Shown: in pieces, positions 53,526 to 61,546 of the stretch
Layout of the letters: each line of letters opens with the position of its first letter
Position numbering within the stretch: position 1 is the stretch's first letter
Notes under the pieces: generated by a model
The model's input: only the letters and a program-made list of their open reading frames with translations
Databases searched by the model: none
Told to the model about the DNA's origin: nothing
IMG/VR virus record: IMGVR_UViG_3300032247_001693
Span: 1-64,000 of that record
Length of the DNA: 64,000 nucleotides
Source of the DNA: a virus
Lineage: Duplodnaviria; Caudoviricetes
Reading direction: 5' to 3' (one strand)
Made by a program: the position numbers and the translations under genes

Positions 53526-55028
53526 ATGCCAAAAATTTTTGAACAAGAAATATTAGATGGGTTAGAAGATGCGCTTAAGGCGTCCTCATCTATTAGTTAC
53601 GCTTCTATTGCAAACTCTTGCGTCAAGCCCAAAAATACAGATGGTGTTAAATTTTATAAGAGTGTTGCTTCTATAGAGGACGCTGATCTTTATTATACTC
53701 AGTCTATTTTAGTAACATCTTCTTGGAATAAAAATGACGATATTTTTGACAAAGTAGAAGTATGGAACGCTAAAGATACTCCCGAAGATAAGCCAACCAA
53801 TTTAGAGCATGATGAGAGTGTTATTGTTGGACATATAACAAGTAATTGGCCCATTACAGAAGAGGGCGAATTAATTTCCGAAGATATTAATCCAGAAATG
53901 CTACCAGATAAATATCACATATTAACAGGCTCAGTTATTTATAAGGGATTTAGTAATGAAGATCTCAGAGAACGATCTGCTAAACTAATATCTGAAATAG
54001 ATAATGGTACAAAGTATGTTAGTATGGAGTGTTTCTTTAAGGGTTTTGATTATGGATTAATTAATAAAACAACTGGAGAGTATACTGTATTATCTAGAAA
54101 TGAAGCTACAGCATATTTAACAAAATTTTTAAGAGCATATGGCGGAATTGGAGAACATGATAATTATAAAGTTGGTAGAGTTCTTAGAAATATTACTTTT
54201 AGTGGAAAAGGTTTTGTTGATCGTCCAGCAAATGAAGATAGTATAATTTTTACAAAAAATATCTTCCCAGAAAAAAATGATGATTTTTCTTTATCAGGTG
54301 TATCTATTTCACAGTCAAATAATAAATCGGAGACTATAACTATGAGTTCAGAAAAAAAAGTTGTTGAAACAGTGGTTGCTAATGAAGCTGTAGTTGATAC
54401 CGCAACAGTTAGTACAGTTGAGACAACTCTAAAATCTCAAATTACAGAGCTAACACAAAGCAATGAACAGCTAAAAACAGAAGTATCTGAAGCTGCTAGA
54501 AAAAGCGAAGAGCAAATCAAAGCTATCAAAGAAGAAGCCGCTCAGAATATTGTTAGTGTTCAAGAAGAACTAAAGAAAATACAAAGTGAGATCGAAGCTG
54601 CAAATGAAGTTATTGCTGCTTATAAGGCAAAAGAGATGGAAATGGTTAAGAAAGATAAGAAGATGAAGAGACAAGCAGCTCTTGTTGAGCAGGGCATCGA
54701 TCTTGATGTTGCAACAAGCACAGTTGAAAAATTTGAATCTTTAGATGATGAAGCTTTTGATGCCATGACCAGTCTTTTTGCTGGCAAAATGCCTCCTTGG
54801 TTGGAAAACATAAAGAAAAAAGATTCTAAGACTGAAGATTCTAAAGACGCTAAGAAAAAGGCATCCGAAGAGAATTCAGATGTTAAAGTCCTAGAGACTG
54901 CTGAAGTTGAAGCTAGTGTTAATCTTGCTGTTGGCGAAGAGTCAACTGAAGAATCAGCAGAAGTCGAAACCACAAGAGCAGCATTAAACGAATTTGTTTG
55001 CAGTAGATTAGGTAAAAAACACAAATAA
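53526..55028 (+). CDS. Prohead protease/scaffold fusion
   Basis: N-domain WNKNDD.F...KP.NLEH...GHI...SMEC...FSGKGFVDRPAN, followed by an acidic coiled-coil C-terminal half; located between portal and MCP. Confidence 0.65.
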   Translation: MPKIFEQEILDGLEDALKASSSISYASIANSCVKPKNTDGVKFYKSVASIEDADLYYTQSILVTSSWNKNDDIFDKVEVWNAKDTPEDKPTNLEHDESVIVGHITSNWPITEEGELISEDINPEMLPDKYHILTGSVIYKGFSNEDLRERSAKLISEIDNGTKYVSMECFFKGFDYGLINKTTGEYTVLSRNEATAYLTKFLRAYGGIGEHDNYKVGRVLRNITFSGKGFVDRPANEDSIIFTKNIFPEKNDDFSLSGVSISQSNNKSETITMSSEKKVVETVVANEAVVDTATVSTVETTLKSQITELTQSNEQLKTEVSEAARKSEEQIKAIKEEAAQNIVSVQEELKKIQSEIEAANEVIAAYKAKEMEMVKKDKKMKRQAALVEQGIDLDVATSTVEKFESLDDEAFDAMTSLFAGKMPPWLENIKKKDSKTEDSKDAKKKASEENSDVKVLETAEVEASVNLAVGEESTEESAEVETTRAALNEFVCSRLGKKHK

Positions 55029-55043
55029 TAAGGGAGAATAGCA

Positions 55044-55493
55044 ATGGCTTTAAAACCAGATCGTATTGAACTTTTGACTGATATTTCATTTTTCATGAAT
55101 ACTGTCGCCGAAAGAGGCGGAGTAGCTTGTGTAACAGTTTCCGGCGCTTCCGGCGTCGCTATGGATGATTCCGCCGCTGTCGTAGCTTATGCTGCCACAG
55201 TATCTGGATCAAAACCAATCGGAGTTCTGTTGAACGATGTTGTTAATATTGATCTAACAAGACAACATATCAACTGGAACAGAGACGAAGTTCAGCTAGG
55301 CGGCAAGGTAACTCTGCTCCGTCAGGGTCAGGTATCAACAAACAAGGTAGCTGGAACTCCTGCTGCGGGCGTAGACGCTTATGTTGGTGTTAGTGGTCTA
55401 ATTGGCACTAGCTCAACTAATGCTGTTAAGATCGGCACCTTCTTGAGTCAGGTTGATGCCGACGGTTACGCTAAAGTTTCAGTAAATCTATAA
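55044..55493 (+). CDS. Capsid decoration/head protein
   Basis: 149-aa Gly/Ala/Val-rich beta protein immediately upstream of the MCP gene. Confidence 0.6.
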   Translation: MALKPDRIELLTDISFFMNTVAERGGVACVTVSGASGVAMDDSAAVVAYAATVSGSKPIGVLLNDVVNIDLTRQHINWNRDEVQLGGKVTLLRQGQVSTNKVAGTPAAGVDAYVGVSGLIGTSSTNAVKIGTFLSQVDADGYAKVSVNL

Positions 55494-55523
55494 TTTGTTT
55501 TACCAATAAAGGGAGAAAAGAAC

Positions 55524-56534
55524 ATGTCAGCTAAATCCGAAAAGTTTACAGCAAACCCAGCCTTAACCGATCTTTTGATTCGTTCTGGCTCAAACCACAA
55601 AGAGACCAGTCTAGCCGCTAATGCAGAAATTGCAAAAGCTCTAGAACTACCTTTGCGTAGAGGTCTAATGAGTGGTAATATTCTAGATGGTATTTTCGAA
55701 CCAATTCAGTTGGCTCAGAGTGCTACTCCAGAATTTCCTCTTGATTTCTTGGCTCCTGGAACAGAGAAGGACTTTGTGGCCTACACAATTCCTAATCATG
55801 GTTATATTCCAGAACGCCACGTTGAGAGCGATTACGTTATGGTTCCAACTTATGACGTTGGTTCCTCAATCGATTATCTTCTAAAGTATGCCCGCGATGC
55901 CCGTTGGGACGTTGTTGGCCGCGCTATGGAAGTTCTCGAAGGTTCTTTCGTTAAGAAACTCAATGATGACGGCTGGCACACACTAATGGCTGCTGGTGTT
56001 GATCGTAACATCGTAGTTTATGATAGTGATGCTAATACTAGTCAGTTTACCAAACGATTGGTAAGCTTGATGAAGACAGTTATGCGTAGAAACGGTGGTG
56101 GTAACTCCGCTAGTAACAACCGTGGTATGTTGACTGATCTTTATGTTTCTCCAGAAGCGATGGAAGATATTCGTAACTGGGGAATTGAGCAGGTTGACGA
56201 AACTACTCGTAGAGAGATCTATACTGCTGCTGATGGTAGCATCAACCGCATTTTCGGTATCAATCTGCATGACCTAGACGAACTAGGTGTTGGTCAAGAA
56301 TATCAGTTGTTCTACAGTAGCACATTGGGTGCTAGTATGCCAAGTGGTAAGACCGAAGTTGTTGTTGGTCTTGATCTTCGTAAGAACGATAGTTTCATTA
56401 TGCCAGTTCGCCAAGAAGTTCAGATCTTCGAAGATGATACCCTACATCGTCAGAAGAGGGCTGGTTTCTACGGCTGGGCTGAACAGGGTTTTGCAGTCTT
56501 GGATAATCGTAGAGTATTAGTCGGAGCTCTATAA
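55524..56534 (+). CDS. Major capsid protein
   Basis: 336-aa ORF with strong Shine-Dalgarno, highly biased codons and HK97-like features, followed by a terminator. Confidence 0.8.
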   Translation: MSAKSEKFTANPALTDLLIRSGSNHKETSLAANAEIAKALELPLRRGLMSGNILDGIFEPIQLAQSATPEFPLDFLAPGTEKDFVAYTIPNHGYIPERHVESDYVMVPTYDVGSSIDYLLKYARDARWDVVGRAMEVLEGSFVKKLNDDGWHTLMAAGVDRNIVVYDSDANTSQFTKRLVSLMKTVMRRNGGGNSASNNRGMLTDLYVSPEAMEDIRNWGIEQVDETTRREIYTAADGSINRIFGINLHDLDELGVGQEYQLFYSSTLGASMPSGKTEVVVGLDLRKNDSFIMPVRQEVQIFEDDTLHRQKRAGFYGWAEQGFAVLDNRRVLVGAL

Positions 56535-56559
56535 TATTGTCTATATAAAAAAACGATTA

Positions 56560-56589
56560 AGGGCTAGAGTAAAATCTAGCTCTTTTTTG
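56560..56589 (+). terminator. Rho-independent terminator after MCP
   Basis: gggctaga-gtaaaa-tctagctc stem-loop followed by a T-tract. Confidence 0.75.
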
Positions 56590-56657
56590 TGTACCTAGCT
56601 AGGACATATGGATTGACACAACTAGGATTCGCCTTATTATAATAAAAAGGAGACCAT

Positions 56658-58370
56658 ATGCTACAAAATGAAAAAACCGTAAAAGATTTCGGATACTCTA
56701 TTGATAGTTTATCTGATTTTTCAAATAAAAAAATTATAGTGAATTGTGATTATTGTGACAATATAATCATCAAATCTTATAAGTCTAGAAATATTCAAAA
56801 TTCTATATTAGATAAAGATTGTTGCAACTCTTGTAAATTCAAAAAAAGAGAAGAGCTATCCCTGTTAAAATATGGAGTAAAAAACTCTAGTCAGAGAAGT
56901 GAAATTAAGTCTAAATTATCTAATTATAATATTGAAGACTATAAAGATAGGATCATAGAACTAAATAGCCAAGGATACTCTATGCAAAATATCTCTTGTA
57001 AATTAAATATACCAAAAACTTCTTTAAATAGATATGTTAAAACTATACCTATTAATGTTTCTAAAAATGATATACAAAGCAAAAAAAATAAAACTTTAAT
57101 TGAAAAATATGGAGAAAATTGTCAACAGTTAATGTCTGAAAAAAGAAAAAAAACAAACTTGAATAAATTTGGCTATGAGAATCCATTTCAAGATCCTAAT
57201 ATTAAAACTAAAATTAAAAATAATAACTTAGAAAAATTAGGAGTAGAACATCACTCTCAAGATCCTCAAAATCAAGAGAAAAAGAAAAAAACCAACATAC
57301 AAAGATACGGTCACGATAATGTTGCAAAAATACCAGAAATTCAGGCTAAAATCAAACAAACAAATCTAGAAGTCTACGGATATGAACACGCAACACAAAA
57401 TATAGATATTAAACACAAGATAGTATCTACTATGATAAAAAATGGAAATGCAAATTACTATAATAATAAAACCAGTAAAGAATGGGCAGAGCAAACAGGA
57501 TATTGTGTTAGTAGATTTAATCAGCTGGTCAATGATTATGGTTTTGAAATTGCTAGTAAAATGGAAAGAGGAAATAAATATACTTCTTTAGAGCAAAGTC
57601 TGAAATTGTTTTTAGAAGAATTAAAAACCCCCTATGAACAACAATTTCGAATTAAATATAGTAATGATAAAACATATATATCTGATTTTAAGATAAATAA
57701 TTTATTAATAGAATGCGATGGTTTATACTGGCACAGCGATTCTGTTCAGAAAGATAATAAGTATCATTCTCAGAAAAAACAAGTCTATGACAACAATAAT
57801 TATGAATCTTTATTTTTTAGAGAAGACGAACTCAGAGATAAGTCAGACATAGTAAAATCAATCATATCAAATAAATTAAACTTATCAAATAGAATTTATG
57901 CTAGAAAATGCGAAATAGTTAAACTATCAAATTTAGAAAGCGATAAATTTTTTACAGATAATCATTTAATGGGCAAAGGCAAAGGGGATACTTTTTGTCT
58001 AAAATATGAAGACCAACCAGTTTGCTGCATAAGAATTAAAAAACTAAAAGATCAGAATTATGAAATATCTAGATTTTGCAATAAAATAAATATGTCTGTA
58101 GTTGGTGGATTTAGCAAGCTATTAAATAGTGCTATAGTTCAAATCAAACCTTCATCGGTTATAACATTTATTGATAGAAGATATGGTGGAAAAGGAGATT
58201 ATTTAACCAAATTGGGTTTTTCTTATATTCATACCTTTAATAGTTTTAAATGGACTGATGGACAAAATTCTTTCCATAGACTACAATTTCCGGGGAATTC
58301 TGGTTATGGTAAAAATCTATATAAAATTTGGGATTGTGGACAAGCTAAATGGGTACTTAATGTCTCTTAG
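56658..58370 (+). CDS. Free-standing endonuclease (EKYGV-type repeats plus PD-(D/E)xK/Vsr-like domain; probable homing endonuclease)
   Basis: Repeated K..N..K(Y/F)G(V/Y)E motifs; SDF...LLIECDGLYWHS nuclease motif; C-terminal EISRFC...GGFSKL...WDCG domain; own TTGACA promoter at 56613. Confidence 0.75.
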   Translation: MLQNEKTVKDFGYSIDSLSDFSNKKIIVNCDYCDNIIIKSYKSRNIQNSILDKDCCNSCKFKKREELSLLKYGVKNSSQRSEIKSKLSNYNIEDYKDRIIELNSQGYSMQNISCKLNIPKTSLNRYVKTIPINVSKNDIQSKKNKTLIEKYGENCQQLMSEKRKKTNLNKFGYENPFQDPNIKTKIKNNNLEKLGVEHHSQDPQNQEKKKKTNIQRYGHDNVAKIPEIQAKIKQTNLEVYGYEHATQNIDIKHKIVSTMIKNGNANYYNNKTSKEWAEQTGYCVSRFNQLVNDYGFEIASKMERGNKYTSLEQSLKLFLEELKTPYEQQFRIKYSNDKTYISDFKINNLLIECDGLYWHSDSVQKDNKYHSQKKQVYDNNNYESLFFREDELRDKSDIVKSIISNKLNLSNRIYARKCEIVKLSNLESDKFFTDNHLMGKGKGDTFCLKYEDQPVCCIRIKKLKDQNYEISRFCNKINMSVVGGFSKLLNSAIVQIKPSSVITFIDRRYGGKGDYLTKLGFSYIHTFNSFKWTDGQNSFHRLQFPGNSGYGKNLYKIWDCGQAKWVLNVS

Positions 58371-58423
58371 GTGTATAACTATCATATTACCGATAAAATA
58401 AATCAAATATTAAGGCTAATACT

Positions 58424-58828
58424 ATGGCAGCAGGCAAATACGATTTTGCTATAGAGCAGGGAACATCATTTAGATTATCTTTCATATATAAAGATAGCGA
58501 TGGAAATGTTATAAATTTGACTAATTGGTGTGCTAGATTAATATGGAAAACTAATGCTAATGCTATGCAAACCTTTACTTCTACTAATATAGACTATAGT
58601 GTTTATAAATTTACTATAGAACCCTTATTAGGAAAAGTAACCCTATTATTCCCTGCTGAAACTACCAATGATTTTGCTTTTACGAATGCTAAATATGACT
58701 TAGAATTACAGTCTCCCGATAATTTATATGTTGGAGGAGGTAAATATACTGTAAGAATTTTATATGGAATAGTAACAATTACTAAACGATATAGTCAAAG
58801 CTCTACAGCGTTGGAGTGTCAAGTATGA
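58424..58828 (+). CDS. Virion structural beta-sandwich protein
   Basis: MAAGKYDFAIEQGTSF...YDLELQ...RILYG pattern typical of head/tail accessory proteins. Confidence 0.55.
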   Translation: MAAGKYDFAIEQGTSFRLSFIYKDSDGNVINLTNWCARLIWKTNANAMQTFTSTNIDYSVYKFTIEPLLGKVTLLFPAETTNDFAFTNAKYDLELQSPDNLYVGGGKYTVRILYGIVTITKRYSQSSTALECQV

Positions 58829-59061
58829 GTAATTTTATAGTTGAAATACTAGATCAGGGCGCTAATACTATTGAAATAGAAACTAGTTTAATTACTAATG
58901 ATAATAATATAGAGATTCAAAATTATACAGCTTATATTATAGATATTATAAATGTAGATAAAGTATTGGCTTCAGATATATTAGACGATATTCCAGTTAC
59001 TAAAATAGATGGGCTAGATAATTATTTAGACTATTACGAATTTGATTGCGGAACACCATAA
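58816..59061 (+). CDS. Small hypothetical structural protein
   Basis: Lies in the late operon and ends DCGTP. Confidence 0.5.
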   Translation: MSSMSNFIVEILDQGANTIEIETSLITNDNNIEIQNYTAYIIDIINVDKVLASDILDDIPVTKIDGLDNYLDYYEFDCGTP

Positions 59062-59067
59062 AAATAT

Positions 59068-60066
59068 GTGGAGAATAAAATGCCAGTTCAAACTAGAATT
59101 CAAATAAGAAGAGGCACTAGCGCCCAGTGGACAGCATCAACCGATGCTCTTAGTTCTGGAGAAATAGGCTATGATACCACATTAAAAAAAATAAAACTGG
59201 GAGATGGTAGTACATTATTTAATAGTTTGCCTTGGTTGAGCGTTTTACCGTCCGGAGCGGGCGGTTTATCTGGTACTAGCGGAATATATTTAATTGGCGA
59301 TTCTTCTGGAGGAGTCTTAATTAGTTTAACAGGATTAAAGATTGGCTCAGATATCCAAGCTTATGACGCTGGATTAAATAGTATAGCTAATCTAAATACA
59401 GTTAGTGGAAATTATATTTATACTACTGGAACAGACGCTTATACTACAGGAACTATAACAGCTTTTGCCCGAAATCTTTTAGCAGCAGCAGATGCAGCAG
59501 CATCAAGAGTTTCTCTTGGTTTGGGAACTATAGCTACCGAACCTAGTGGTAATTACGCTTTAACTTCTCATACTCATCTATGGTCAAATATCTCTGATGC
59601 TTCCTCAAGAGCAACATTAACAGAATTAAGTTATTTATCAGGAGTTAGCCCCGGAGTTGGTTCTGGTACTAGGGCCGTTGTACTAGATTCTAATAAAGAC
59701 TTTTCCGGTATTAGAAACTTAACTATGACGGGGGATTTAACAGTTCAAAATTTGAATGTTAATGGAACCACCACTACTGTTAATAGTACAACGGTAAATA
59801 TTGGAGATAATATTATTAGGGTTAATACTAGTGGATTAACTACTGGAGGTATTGAAGTTTACACCCCATCCTCAACTGTACAATCTTTATTATGGAATAA
59901 TCCTAATAATAGATGGGAATTTACTGGTGGAAATGTTTATACTAGTGGATATTTCTTAAGTTCTATTAGTGGTGGAACCGCAGTATCATTATCTTATATA
60001 AGCGGAGTTAGTGCTGCTAGTCCAACGTATTTGTATAATTGCGCTATTGATGGAGGATCTCCTTGA
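59068..60066 (+). CDS. Tail-fibre-like protein with Mtd-like N-terminal domain
   Basis: RIQIRRGTSAQWT...GEIGY.T...KLGDG...LP motif; Ser/Gly/Thr-rich body. Confidence 0.7.
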   Translation: MENKMPVQTRIQIRRGTSAQWTASTDALSSGEIGYDTTLKKIKLGDGSTLFNSLPWLSVLPSGAGGLSGTSGIYLIGDSSGGVLISLTGLKIGSDIQAYDAGLNSIANLNTVSGNYIYTTGTDAYTTGTITAFARNLLAAADAAASRVSLGLGTIATEPSGNYALTSHTHLWSNISDASSRATLTELSYLSGVSPGVGSGTRAVVLDSNKDFSGIRNLTMTGDLTVQNLNVNGTTTTVNSTTVNIGDNIIRVNTSGLTTGGIEVYTPSSTVQSLLWNNPNNRWEFTGGNVYTSGYFLSSISGGTAVSLSYISGVSAASPTYLYNCAIDGGSP

Positions 60067-60112
60067 CATAAAAGGATAATAATTTATATCAAATATATAG
60101 GAGAGGATATTA

Positions 60113-61117
60113 ATGCCAATTAATGATTTAATTCAATTAAGAAAAGGAACTAGTTCTCAGTGGAGTTCTAGTAATCCAATATTAGCTAGTGGAGAACCAG
60201 GATATGATGTTACTGGTAAAGTTCTAAAGATAGGAGATGGAGTTACGGCTTGGAATAGTTTAAGCGGAATATCTTCTTCTGCTGGAGGATCGAATTATGA
60301 TCCTGCTAATGTTAATATTACTGGTGGATCTATCAACGCTACTAATATAGGATTATCAACAGCAGGTACTGGTAATTTTAGTAGTTTAAAAGTAAATAAT
60401 ACTGAGGTTAGTTTAAGTGGACATATTCATTCTACTGGAGATATAACGGGATTATACTCTGCTATTACCGGATCTATTTCTACATCATTATCTGGGGTTT
60501 CTGGTATTCAGTTATCCTATAATAGTAGTACTGATACATTATTTATTGGAACAACAGGATTACAGCCTAGCGGGAATTATGCAGCGTCGGTTCATACTCA
60601 CACCTCAAGCAACATTACCGACTTTAACAGCAGTGTTAGTGGACTAGTTAATGGTATTTACGCTCCGTTATCTGGGGCGTCTTTTAGCGGAGCCATTTCT
60701 TCAACTAGCGGAAACTTTAACGCTTTAACGGTTACTGGCATTCCAGTTAGTATCAGCGGACATTCACACTTGTCAACAGATATTTCCGATAGTACAACTG
60801 TTGGACGAGCATTATTAACTTCAGCAAATGCAACTGCTCAAAGAACATCTTTGGGATTAGGAACGATAGTAACATATAATAGTGGAGACTATTCTTTAAT
60901 TTCACATTCTCTATCTATAGGTAGTGGAAATAATAATATTGCTATAAGTTATCCAGCAACCGGAGTATTAAATATAGTTGGTAGCGGAGGAACTAGTTTA
61001 ATTTATGATAATATTTTAAAACTATTAACAATAGCTAGTAGTGGAACTTCTTCAGTATCTAGCGGCCCCGTTAGCTCAGTAGGATCAGATTTATTTTTAT
61101 GGTCAAATTTCAGATAA
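60113..61117 (+). CDS. Tail-fibre-like protein with Mtd-like N-terminal domain (paralog)
   Basis: LIQLRKGTSSQW...GEPGYD...KIGDG.TAWNSL, with repeated H.H...DI motifs. Confidence 0.7.
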   Translation: MPINDLIQLRKGTSSQWSSSNPILASGEPGYDVTGKVLKIGDGVTAWNSLSGISSSAGGSNYDPANVNITGGSINATNIGLSTAGTGNFSSLKVNNTEVSLSGHIHSTGDITGLYSAITGSISTSLSGVSGIQLSYNSSTDTLFIGTTGLQPSGNYAASVHTHTSSNITDFNSSVSGLVNGIYAPLSGASFSGAISSTSGNFNALTVTGIPVSISGHSHLSTDISDSTTVGRALLTSANATAQRTSLGLGTIVTYNSGDYSLISHSLSIGSGNNNIAISYPATGVLNIVGSGGTSLIYDNILKLLTIASSGTSSVSSGPVSSVGSDLFLWSNFR

Positions 61118-61135
61118 AAGATAAAGGAGAATATT

Positions 61136-61546
61136 ATGGCAAGTAGTCCAGCTTTTGCAACAGGTCCGAGAATAGGATTTGTTCAAGTTACCGGTGCTAG
61201 TGCAGGAGTTAGAGATGGAACAGGATTAACATCTAATGCTGTTACATTATTAATAGGTGGAGTTAGCGGTACAAGAATAGCTGAAATATCAGCACAGGCA
61301 GCAGTTACAACTACTGCTGGTATGGTAAGAATTTTTGTTAGTGGCGTTGATACCACAGGAGCTAGTACAGTTAGAATGTGGGATGAATTAACGATAGCGG
61401 CTGTTACTCCAGCAGCAGGAACAATAGCAGCAAGAACTACAAAACTGTATAATAATTTAGTATTACCAAATACCAACTGGAGATTAGTTGCAACAACAGA
61501 AGTTGCCAATGCTATTAACGTATTTGCAATGGGAGCAGATTTGTGA
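61136..61546 (+). CDS. Small virion protein
   Basis: 136-aa beta-rich ORF in the late operon. Confidence 0.55.
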   Translation: MASSPAFATGPRIGFVQVTGASAGVRDGTGLTSNAVTLLIGGVSGTRIAEISAQAAVTTTAGMVRIFVSGVDTTGASTVRMWDELTIAAVTPAAGTIAARTTKLYNNLVLPNTNWRLVATTEVANAINVFAMGADL

